DNA from: Desulfobacterales bacterium | Lineage (GTDB): Bacteria; Desulfobacterota; Desulfobacteria; Desulfobacterales; JAHEIW01 | DNA: 28,967 nucleotides | NCBI GenBank assembly: GCA_050053555.1 | Contig: JASFTL010000001.1 | Location: 1-28,967 of the forward strand | Reading direction: 5' to 3' | Shown here: in pieces, positions 11,604 through 19,572 of the stretch | Numbering within the stretch: position 1 is the stretch's first letter | Layout of the letters: each line of letters begins with the position of its first letter | Notes under the pieces: generated by a model | Databases searched by the model: none | The model's input: the letters and a program-made list of their open reading frames with translations, nothing else | Told to the model about the DNA's origin: nothing | Translations under genes and position numbers: made by a program

Positions 11604-11605
11604 TG

Positions 11606-13132
11606 TTACACCTCCTTTTCAATGGGCTGAGTAAAGTATATTTCTGAAAGCCGGGATAAATAATCTAAAATGATCATGGCCTGTTGCATTTTGCGGTCGT
11701 CACGATCAAATCCACGGTCGGTAATAATTGCGCTCAGCTCAACAAGTTCCTCGGGGCTGGCCTTCCGCGATGCGACTGCCAGGAACACATAGTCGATGAA
11801 TGCATCACCTGTCAGATCAACCGCAATGAACGATTCCTGCCAGCCACCGTCGTCGTTGTTGTTGGGGTTGCCTTTTCGATCGATCAGCAATTTTTCTCTA
11901 ACCGCCTTGTGGTAAAAGGCAAAACTTAACGTATCTAGCGGAACGGACCGCTGTCTTCCCAGTTTATAGGTCATCGCGGCCTGTTTCATGTTGTTGAGGC
12001 TGGGAAATTTTGAACTGCTGGAATCCCGGTTGAGGTACTTAAAAAAATTCCTGTTCGCAAACCAGTCAATCCGGTTGGCCAGGGCAAAAAAGACCTCTTC
12101 AAATTGTTTCGGCCGCTCCACGTTCAGCAAGTATTCTTTGGAAAAGAGAATATTTTTGAAAATATCGTTAAATGTGACCGGCTCGCCGGCAACAAGTTCA
12201 TCAATTATGGGGGTTTTATCTTCGGGAAAATATCCGGCAAAGAAGATATCCACCAGAGTGGAAACGATGGTGGGAATCAAATCGGCATGGTCGGCAACGG
12301 CTTGATAGAATTCGGTACATTCGACCACGGTGATATCCAGAATATCGACCGGTTCGGTATTTTTATCAGGGCCAATAACCAGCATGTATTCATCGTCTTC
12401 TTCTTTAAGCGACCAGTTTTTACAAGCCATAGATGCCAGCGGCACCTCGGCGTCGATAAAGCGCTTTAAAAAGATTTCCATCATCTCCCGGGTGTTATCT
12501 TCCGGCGAGCGAAAGCGGCGCCAGTTCTCCTGGGAAATCATGTGTTCATAGACGATATCGCGAATCGGGCTGCCGTCCTGGATCATATTAAGCAGACGCT
12601 CGAATACAATGCGGGCATCTTCATACACAACGCTATCCAGTTCGGTTGCCGGAGAAAAAAGAATGGTATTGGTTAGCTGATAGGCCATCCAGATTTCAAA
12701 ATAGGTTTTACCGAGTGGGACTTCGTAGAGTAGGGCGAGTTGATACTGGACGGCTTCGCGGTCGGAATCGAATTCGTATTTTTGTGTAATCAGATTTCGG
12801 TATTGATTTAAATTTACCTCTGTTGATAAATCATTTTCGATCTTGGCCACATAATTCTCGTCGCTTTGAAGCGCCGCGGCGGCCACTCCGCCGGATAGGT
12901 CAAAAAATTCATCGGCCGGAACCCCTTTGAAAAGGGTGCCCAGGGCCTTATTGGAAACCGCAAATTTTTCTTCTTCGGTTAATGCATTGTATTCCTCATC
13001 GCTCAATTTATCCAGGATTTCAGCATCCGAGGAACCATCGCCGGAGCCGCCTGTGCCGCTGCCGGAGCCGCCGCCGCATGCGACCAGGGCAAACATCAAG
13101 ATGAGGATAATCGGTATACTTCTGTTTAACAT
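11606..13132 (-). CDS. Lipoprotein, divergent DUF1800-like
   Basis: ATG at 13132 with AGGAGGTG RBS; lipobox LVAC followed by a G/S linker; SPEDNTREMMEIFLKRF resembles the DUF1800 N-E-N-Y-A-R-E-x-M-E-L-F motif; 2 nt from the DUF1501 gene. Confidence 0.7.
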   Translation of the reverse strand: MLNRSIPIILILMFALVACGGGSGSGTGGSGDGSSDAEILDKLSDEEYNALTEEEKFAVSNKALGTLFKGVPADEFFDLSGGVAAAALQSDENYVAKIENDLSTEVNLNQYRNLITQKYEFDSDREAVQYQLALLYEVPLGKTYFEIWMAYQLTNTILFSPATELDSVVYEDARIVFERLLNMIQDGSPIRDIVYEHMISQENWRRFRSPEDNTREMMEIFLKRFIDAEVPLASMACKNWSLKEEDDEYMLVIGPDKNTEPVDILDITVVECTEFYQAVADHADLIPTIVSTLVDIFFAGYFPEDKTPIIDELVAGEPVTFNDIFKNILFSKEYLLNVERPKQFEEVFFALANRIDWFANRNFFKYLNRDSSSSKFPSLNNMKQAAMTYKLGRQRSVPLDTLSFAFYHKAVREKLLIDRKGNPNNNDDGGWQESFIAVDLTGDAFIDYVFLAVASRKASPEELVELSAIITDRGFDRDDRKMQQAMIILDYLSRLSEIYFTQPIEKEV

Positions 13133-13598
13133 AGTCACCTCCTGTATTTCCATAAAATGCCCGCTCTGCAGAAGCGCGACTACCCTTTTGAATCGGATTT
13201 CGGCGCGCGGCAGACGGGGAAACATCGTCACTGGAACTCAGAAACGAAACTTATTCCAATGCGGATGATGAATACCCTTCACAGGTTCGGGAGGTCCGGT
13301 GAAGTTTTTTACTGATTTTATTCTGCAAGATTAAAGAGAACTTACTTTGCGGCTTTAGGCGGGGGCACACCTTTTGAGGAACCAGACAAAGAATAATGTT
13401 TGGGGATCTAATAGAAGCAAAAGGCATACCACAAGATGGGAACTTCGGTAAGGCGACTAAATTCAGCCGGTTAGAATTCAATGAAAATTTTCTTTGTTTG
13501 TTCGCGGTGAGAAAGTTACACTTTAATGTACAAGCGAAGTATCCTTATGTGGACAAGGAATCCATGTAGATCTGCATTTGGCAAGGTTCGACAGCATT

Positions 13599-13632
13599 AA
13601 AAAATGCGGCTGAGGCCATCCGGCCGCATTTT
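13599..13632 (-). terminator. Intrinsic terminator downstream of asnS
   Basis: aaaatgcggc / gccgcatttt stem with T runs on both strands. Confidence 0.8.
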
Positions 13633-13666
13633 CTTTTTCCGATCAGAAAGAAGATTTCGTGTAGGC

Positions 13667-15049
13667 TTAAAATTCGATGCTATTCGGCGTTCGCGGGAAT
13701 GGAATCACATCCCGGATGTTGCGGATACCGGTGATCATCATTAAAAAGCGCTCAAACCCCAGTCCAAAGCCGCTGTGGGGCACGCTGCCGTAACGGCGGG
13801 CATCCAGGTACCACCAGTAGGGGGCTTTTTCCATTTTGGTTTCGTTCATTCGTGCTTCAAGCACGTCCAGGCGCTCCTCACGCTGGCTGCCGCCGATGAT
13901 CTCGCCGACGCCGGGAACCAGCACATCCATCGCAGCCACGGTTTCATTGTCATCATTTACCCGCATGTAGAAGGGCTTGATGATTTTGGGGTAGTCGTAG
14001 ACAATGACCGGCTTTTTAAAATGCGTTTCGGTCAAATAACGTTCATGTTCGGTCTGCAGATCGCTGCCGAAGCCGATATCATATTCAAACTTCCGGCCGG
14101 ACTGGCTTAAGATCTCTACCGCTTCCCGGTAGGGCAGCCGGATATAATCGGATTGGGCGATGTTCTCCAGGGTGGCCATCAGGGCTTTATCCACCCAGCG
14201 ACCGAAGAGTTCCAGATCATCTGCGCACTCCTGCATGGCATAGGCGGTCAGTTTGCGGATAAGCTCTTCACCTAGATCCATATTGCCTTCCAGATCGCAG
14301 AAGGCCATTTCCGGCTCGACCATCCAGAACTCGGCGGCATGGCGGCGAGTGTTCGAATTTTCTGCCCGGAAGGTGGGCCCAAAGGTGTAGACATCACCCA
14401 GGGCCAGCGCAAACATTTCGGCCGACAATTGCCCCGAAACGGTCAGATTAGCTTCCTTGCCGAAAAAATCCTGCATATAGTCGGCTTTGCCTTCCTTTAG
14501 GGGCGGTCTGTCCAGATTCAGCGTAGTGACTCGGAACAGCTCGCCGGCGCCTTCACAGTCCGAGGCGGTCAGAATCGGTGAATGCAGATAGCGAAAGCCC
14601 CGGTCCCGGAAGAATTTGTGAATGCCATAAGCCATCTCGGAGCGGATACGAAAGGCCGCCCCGTATTTGTTGGTGCGGGGTCTCAGATGGGCGATGGTTC
14701 TTAAAAATTCGTCGGTATGACGTTTTTTCTGTAATGGAAAGTCTTCCGGGGCAAGCTGAATGATCTGTATTTCGTTTGCCTGGATCTCCCAGCGCTGCCC
14801 GCCTCCCTTGGATTCAACCAGCTTGCCGTTAACCGCGAGCGCTGAGCCGGTGGTCAGTTTTTTGATGTCTTCATAGTTGGTTAGTTTTTCATCCGCCACC
14901 ACCTGGATATTTTTCAGGCTGGAGCCGTCATTGATTTCGATAAAGGAAAATCCCTTGGCGTCGCGCCGGGTGCGTACCCAGCCCTTTATCAACACCTGAT
15001 CCATGGGATTATCGGATTTTAAGAGTTTGAATATCTTTGTGCGTTCCAT
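13667..15049 (-). CDS. asnS: Asparagine--tRNA ligase
   Basis: OB-fold GWVRTRRD, DCEGAGELF, LTVSGQL, FGPTFRAENSNTRRHAAEFWMVEPE, EIIGGSQREER, PHSGFGLGFER. Confidence 0.98.
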   Translation of the reverse strand: MERTKIFKLLKSDNPMDQVLIKGWVRTRRDAKGFSFIEINDGSSLKNIQVVADEKLTNYEDIKKLTTGSALAVNGKLVESKGGGQRWEIQANEIQIIQLAPEDFPLQKKRHTDEFLRTIAHLRPRTNKYGAAFRIRSEMAYGIHKFFRDRGFRYLHSPILTASDCEGAGELFRVTTLNLDRPPLKEGKADYMQDFFGKEANLTVSGQLSAEMFALALGDVYTFGPTFRAENSNTRRHAAEFWMVEPEMAFCDLEGNMDLGEELIRKLTAYAMQECADDLELFGRWVDKALMATLENIAQSDYIRLPYREAVEILSQSGRKFEYDIGFGSDLQTEHERYLTETHFKKPVIVYDYPKIIKPFYMRVNDDNETVAAMDVLVPGVGEIIGGSQREERLDVLEARMNETKMEKAPYWWYLDARRYGSVPHSGFGLGFERFLMMITGIRNIRDVIPFPRTPNSIEF

Positions 15050-15085
15050 CAGAATTCCTTTCCGTGGAATCGGGTTAACAAATTA

Positions 15086-15114
15086 TGTATAGCATTCTGG
15101 GGATTACTCGGCAA
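15086..15114 (-). promoter_or_regulatory. Possible sigma70 promoter of asnS
   Basis: Minus strand TTGCCG-17 nt-TATACA with TG at the extended -10 position; the -10 lacks the final T. Confidence 0.35.
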
Positions 15115-15130
15115 GATTTCTTCTTGGTAA

Positions 15131-15324
15131 GGACTGAGCTTTGAGGACTGAGGACTGAGTTACACTCAATAGGGGATGATAATTGAGGTTTCAGGTTTCA
15201 GGTGTCAGGTTTCGGGTGTCAGAAATTATTAGGTGTCAGGTTTCAGTGTTTCGGTTTCAGAATTGATTGAGTGGGAAATTCAGCTATGTCTGATGCTGAC
15301 ACCTGAACACTGAAACCTGAAAAC
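15131..15324. repeat. Degenerate tandem heptamer repeats with inverted arms
   Basis: GGACTGA-type units x4 (15131-15158); GG(T/G)TCA-type units ggtttca/ggtgtca, about 9 (15187-15259); inverted units tgacacc tgaacac tgaaacc tgaaaac (15297-15324). Confidence 0.9.
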
Positions 15325-15331
15325 TTAGCTT

Positions 15332-17155
15332 TTATATGAATACGTCCAGAAAAAGACCGGTTGAATCCGCTTCGGCTTCCATGCCGGTGGCGGCTGTCGT
15401 CAAGGCGGAATGCAGCTGGTTGAAAAGCCCGTCGGATTCGGTCCCAAAAAGCGCTTGGCGAACAGCAGCAGCGCTTTGCGGGTTTGTCAGCGCCGACTCA
15501 AATCGACTCTGGTCGGCCGGGGAGAATTTGAATACGCTTTCTTTGGTCTTATCAAAATCAAAACCAATGCCAAAGTCGGTATTGAATTGTGATCCTTCGG
15601 AATCAAACCATGATGCGACGGCACTGCGGAGCTCATTGCGCACCGCTTCGGTTTCTACACCTGAAGACAACGTTACTGCCGAACCATCGAACAGGGCATT
15701 CATGGAATCAGCCATAACACTGACCAGTTTGCCCAGCATTTTGGCGTTCCCGGTGGCGACGGACGTTGCCGGGGCATCCTGATTTGCTTCCATTGTGGCG
15801 GTCAGTTCGGTATTGTAGGTTTCGGCATATTCAGCCACCAGATCAGACGTATTGACCGCATCGACGCCGCCTGTCTGTATCTGAATGGTTTCATTTACCG
15901 GCTCATAGGTGCCGTCTGATATTTCCACGGCCGGGAAAAAGTTCGTCGTTCCGCTGTCAAGAATGAGCTGAGTGTCTGAGTTGTTCGAATTCAGAGAGAC
16001 CCGCTGGGAGCTGCTGTCGAAGCTGGCGGTGACATCTGCCGCTGAAGCCGTAATGCTATCGAGCACATCGGTTAACGTGTCGGTATTGACGTCAATATCA
16101 ATGGAAACACCATTAACGCTGATACTGCCGCTTTGAACACCCGAGAAACGGTCCTCTTCCGCCAGGATCGTTTCGGTTTCCGAACCATCTTGTCCCGGAA
16201 TGGTCACCGCGCCCTCAAGTTTTACGGCCGCCAGAAATCCGGAAGTGTCGTTTGCGAGGACAATATCGTGTGCTGAACCGGGCGTATTCTGGGTCAACAA
16301 TACTTTTTCGGCAGCGGCGTCAAAAGTGGCCGTCACGCCGGCATCCGATTGGTTAATACGATTGAGCACAGTGTTAATTGAATCGCTCACGTTTACATCG
16401 ATGGTGGTGCCGTTAATCTGAAAGGATCCATCGCTGACACTGAATCCGGGCTCCAGGTCCGGATCGCTGTTGCGGGTACCGTTAAAGGGATTATCAGGGT
16501 TCACGGCGCTTCCCACGCTGTCGGAAACCGTCAATGTAAAAGTGTCATTTTTTGAGAGATCCCCCTCGCCTAAGGTTAAGACTAAACCGTTGGAGAGAGT
16601 ATATTGTGTATCGATAGATTCGGATTTGTTGATAGCTATTGTGTCAGTCAAGTTGTTGTTGGAATCGTAGACTTTGATTTGAAGGTTTACTGCGCCATGG
16701 GTACCCGACTTTGTGGATGTGATTGTGAGGGTATCGGTGCTGTTGGAACCGTCATATTCACCACTGATCGTGACCTGGGCGGTCGAAGAACCGGTCCATT
16801 CGGGTCCATGAGTGGAATAGGAAGTCGGCGTGGTATTGATCTCTTCGGTCGACCGCAAGGTGGTAAACGTTGCGGTCCCATCGAGGTCGAGACCGGTCGC
16901 GGAGGTGGCCCGTGCGGGAATGGCGACTTCAATTTCTGAAGATTCTGCAGGTGCCGACATCAATTGCTTGACCGCTGTCAATGACTGGCGCAGGCGCAGC
17001 ACATGCCGGGTAGTCTCATCCATCTGTTCGCGATGCCTTGAAGCCGTGAGCTCATTGCGCGATGTTGAGACGGCCCGCTGTTTTTGAATGGTTTCGGTTA
17101 TATCGAAACCATAGCGGTAACTTTCGTAAGGATTAACCCCCCCGTAGACATTCAT
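15332..17155 (-). CDS. Flagellar cap (FliD)-like / hook-associated-like protein, atypical
   Basis: ATG at 17155 with AAGGGG RBS; no signal peptide; S/T/D-rich; two internal repeats (GSFQINGTTIDV..DSINTVLNRINQSDAGVTATFD and GSISVNGVSIDI..DTLTDVLDSITASAADVTASFD); FliD_C-like RFESALTNPQSAAAVRQALFG...DGL; sigma28 promoter upstream. Confidence 0.72.
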   Translation of the reverse strand: MNVYGGVNPYESYRYGFDITETIQKQRAVSTSRNELTASRHREQMDETTRHVLRLRQSLTAVKQLMSAPAESSEIEVAIPARATSATGLDLDGTATFTTLRSTEEINTTPTSYSTHGPEWTGSSTAQVTISGEYDGSNSTDTLTITSTKSGTHGAVNLQIKVYDSNNNLTDTIAINKSESIDTQYTLSNGLVLTLGEGDLSKNDTFTLTVSDSVGSAVNPDNPFNGTRNSDPDLEPGFSVSDGSFQINGTTIDVNVSDSINTVLNRINQSDAGVTATFDAAAEKVLLTQNTPGSAHDIVLANDTSGFLAAVKLEGAVTIPGQDGSETETILAEEDRFSGVQSGSISVNGVSIDIDVNTDTLTDVLDSITASAADVTASFDSSSQRVSLNSNNSDTQLILDSGTTNFFPAVEISDGTYEPVNETIQIQTGGVDAVNTSDLVAEYAETYNTELTATMEANQDAPATSVATGNAKMLGKLVSVMADSMNALFDGSAVTLSSGVETEAVRNELRSAVASWFDSEGSQFNTDFGIGFDFDKTKESVFKFSPADQSRFESALTNPQSAAAVRQALFGTESDGLFNQLHSALTTAATGMEAEADSTGLFLDVFI

Positions 17156-17186
17156 TTGATCCCCTTTGCATGCAGGTTGATGAAGC

Positions 17187-17223
17187 AAAAAAGCCGAGCC
17201 ACCATTTCCGGGCAACCCAGCTT
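17187..17223 (-). terminator. Intrinsic terminator in the riboswitch expression platform
   Basis: AAGCUGGGUUGCC / GGUGGCUCGGCUU 13-bp stem (rich in G-U pairs), 7-nt loop, followed by a U run. Confidence 0.75.
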
Positions 17224-17232
17224 TTCAGCCTC

Positions 17233-17313
17233 CTCAGGCAACCCGGCCGTCCACCTCCGGCGGACCCGTGGCTTTCCGTCCCCCGATTACTCGGGGTTTG
17301 GCGTTATCTTGAG
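17233..17313 (-). ncRNA. Cyclic di-GMP-I (GEMM-I) riboswitch aptamer
   Basis: Minus strand GCCAAA-CCCCGA-GUAA-UCGGGG-GACGGAAAGCC-ACGGGUCC...GGAC-GGCCGGGUUGCC matches the GEMM-I architecture: AAA, P2 with GNRA loop, GACGxAAAGCC core, P3, GGGUUGCC end. Confidence 0.92.
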
Positions 17314-17397
17314 CAGATATTAAATCAAATCTAAATTAATTCGACAGCTTATCAAAACAGGATAATCGAAATATTGAATTCTGCTCTTACAGTTATT

Positions 17398-17424
17398 TTA
17401 TCGGTAGTTTGCAGGAGAACTTTA
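17398..17424 (-). promoter_or_regulatory. Sigma28 (FliA)-type promoter
   Basis: TAAAGTTC-11 nt-ACCGATAA versus consensus TAAAGTTT-N11-GCCGATAA (14/16 matches). Confidence 0.8.
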
Positions 17425-17617
17425 GCTAAAATTTAGATTTTCATGTGTTTCATGGACGGTTAGAAGATCCACCACCCTCTAATCATAGGCTCAGATATTT
17501 TTACAATTCGATTGACCCGGACATCTGATTAACATATAGAATCATCATCCAGAGATTTTTGTCCTTTTTTTAAGAAACGCTTCTCATATCTAAGCGAACA
17601 TCGGCAAGGAGGGACAA

Positions 17618-19303
17618 ATGATTTTCCGTCAACCGAAAACTCTGGGTGCCTGTCTGTTTTTGATCGCCATCGGTATCTATTTGATCACTTCGCCTGCCTT
17701 CGCTGCTACTCGAGGCATCCTGGTTAAAACCCAAACTTCTTCAGGTTCCCCGCGTCATATCAAGCTGTATTCTGGCTACCATGCCCTGGTGGTGGGCTGC
17801 GGTAATTACCGTGCGGGCTGGCCGCGGCTGCCCCATCCGGTGGCTGATGCCCGCGAGGTGGCCGCCACATTGAAAAGCATGGATTGGAAAGTTGAGCTGC
17901 TGGAAGATCCGGGCTGGGACCGTTTGGATACAGCTTTAAATCGCCTGATTGCCGGACCGGGACGGTCCAAAGACAAAGCCCTGCTGTTCTGGTTTTCAGG
18001 GCACGGCCATACTCTGGAAGAAGCCGATGGCACTAAGCTGGGCTATATTGTGCCGGTGGATGCGCCGCTTCCCAGCAAAGATGAAATCGGCTTTATGCGG
18101 CGTGCGATTGACATGCGCCAGATCGAAACCGTGGCCAAGCGCATCCGGTCCAAGCATGTGCTGATGATCTTTGATTCCTGTTTTTCAGGGGCGCTTTTTA
18201 CAATGGTGCGCGCGGCGCCATCGCACTATATCGAGGAAAAAATAGCCAAACCGGTCAGAGAGTTTATCACCGCCGGCCGGGAAAACGAGAAGGTGCCGGA
18301 TCGATCGGTGTTTAAGGTGGTTTTTATCCAGGGGATTAAAGACGGCTACGCGGACGTTAACCGTGACGGTTATGTGACCGGTGAGGAACTGGGCGCCTAT
18401 CTTCAGGAAAAGGTGATCAACTATTCGCGCAAAGCCCAGCATCCCCAGTTTGGCAAGATCAACAATCCCCGACTGGACAAGGGAGATTTTGTATTTGTTT
18501 TAAAACGATCGCAACCACCTGCTCCAACTAAAATTGATCGAAAAACCACGAAAAAACAGAAAGATACAGAAGCGGCCCAAGCAGAACAAATGGCTCGCGA
18601 GAAAGAGCAACTCAAGGCGCTGTTCGCCAAGCGCAAAAAGTTAGAAGCCGAGCGCCGCCGGCTGGAGCAAGAAAAGCAAGCGATCATCGACAGTCAGGGC
18701 AAAGAAATTAAAACCCAAACCTCTGAGACTGTAACACCCAAACTGGCTGCTATTCCCGAAGATGTGCAGAAAGCAAAAATCTTATTGCGCAAAGAGCCGA
18801 AGATACTTTCCAGACGACAATTAAAAAAAATGCTTTTGAAATTTCATTTTTTTGATGTCGAGCGGAATCCTTCGGGCAATTTTACCAATGATTTTATTGC
18901 CAACCCGGATGGCACCATAACGGACAGAATAACGGACCTCATATGGCAAAAAGGAGGATCCAGGCACAGCCTGCTGTATTTGCCGGCGACTCGCTATTTG
19001 CAAAAACTGAACAGGGAAAAGTTTGCCGGTTATTCGGATTGGCGCCTGCCCACCATTGAAGAGCTGGCATCGCTGATGACGCGCACCAAAGAAAATGGAA
19101 TTTACATTAATTCGATTTTTGACAACAGGCAAACAAAATGCTGGAGCGCAGACTCCATACCCATGCCAGGCGTATTTTATGAAGATTGGATTATCAGCTT
19201 TTTGAACGGCACGATTACCGATGCAAGACATAGAAAGAATTATGACACCTGGTATGGAAAGGATGAATTCAATTATGTCCGGGCCGTGCGTTCCATAAAA
19301 TGA
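17618..19303 (+). CDS. Exported caspase-like (peptidase C14) protein with coiled coil and C-terminal DUF1566 (Lcl-C) domain
   Basis: Signal peptide (AFA|AT); ALVVGCGNY, FSGHG (His) and DSCFSG (Cys) dyad; GTITDRITDLIWQK, YSDWRLPTIEEL, YVRAVR DUF1566 motifs. Confidence 0.88.
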   Translation: MIFRQPKTLGACLFLIAIGIYLITSPAFAATRGILVKTQTSSGSPRHIKLYSGYHALVVGCGNYRAGWPRLPHPVADAREVAATLKSMDWKVELLEDPGWDRLDTALNRLIAGPGRSKDKALLFWFSGHGHTLEEADGTKLGYIVPVDAPLPSKDEIGFMRRAIDMRQIETVAKRIRSKHVLMIFDSCFSGALFTMVRAAPSHYIEEKIAKPVREFITAGRENEKVPDRSVFKVVFIQGIKDGYADVNRDGYVTGEELGAYLQEKVINYSRKAQHPQFGKINNPRLDKGDFVFVLKRSQPPAPTKIDRKTTKKQKDTEAAQAEQMAREKEQLKALFAKRKKLEAERRRLEQEKQAIIDSQGKEIKTQTSETVTPKLAAIPEDVQKAKILLRKEPKILSRRQLKKMLLKFHFFDVERNPSGNFTNDFIANPDGTITDRITDLIWQKGGSRHSLLYLPATRYLQKLNREKFAGYSDWRLPTIEELASLMTRTKENGIYINSIFDNRQTKCWSADSIPMPGVFYEDWIISFLNGTITDARHRKNYDTWYGKDEFNYVRAVRSIK

Positions 19304-19374
19304 ATTAACCTCAAAGCCGGCCAAAGAAAAGGTAACCATTACATAATCATGGCAATAATTACCAATGTAAATTA

Positions 19375-19572
19375 ATGTTTAAGTTCAACAAGAAGATAAT
19401 AGCGGCTGCGATGGTTTTTGGATTCGGCCTTTTTATTGTGAGCTGTTGGTTGATTGGATCAATGGTTTTGAGTATTTGCATTGGAGTCGTAATGATGGGC
19501 TCATCGATCGTCCTGGGACGGATAAGCAAGTTTAAGGAGAAGGGAGCCAGCCGAGATGAAACCAGAATATAA
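19375..19572 (+). CDS. Possible small two-TM membrane protein (65 aa)
   Basis: Two hydrophobic stretches flanked by basic residues; overlaps the next gene by 17 nt; no clear RBS. Confidence 0.35.
   Translation: MFKFNKKIIAAAMVFGFGLFIVSCWLIGSMVLSICIGVVMMGSSIVLGRISKFKEKGASRDETRI

Noticed and set aside
13133-13231. ORF-track N-terminal extension of the DUF1800-like lipoprotein
   Set aside because: ATG 13132 has AGGAGGTG and gives a proper lipoprotein signal.
13251-13598. Possible small gene or ncRNA between asnS and the DUF1800-like gene
   Set aside because: The 76-aa ORF has no RBS or motif, and I found no convincing structure or promoter.
15131-15324. CRISPR array
   Set aside because: Units are 7-nt tandem repeats with no unique spacers, and no cas genes are present.
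10133-16939. Other overlapping or antisense ORFs of 60-200 aa within the large genes (similar ones occur throughout the window)
   Set aside because: Fully nested in confidently called genes, with no recognisable domains.
17156-17215. ORF-track start at 17215 for the FliD-like gene
   Set aside because: It lies inside the terminator; ATG 17155 has an RBS.
17233-17313. cGAMP-sensing GEMM-Ib riboswitch
   Set aside because: The specificity position is G, not A; kept as c-di-GMP pending assay.
17512-17542. Sigma70 promoter for the caspase gene (TTGACC...TAGAAT)
   Set aside because: The spacer is 19 nt for the good -10; too weak to list as a feature.
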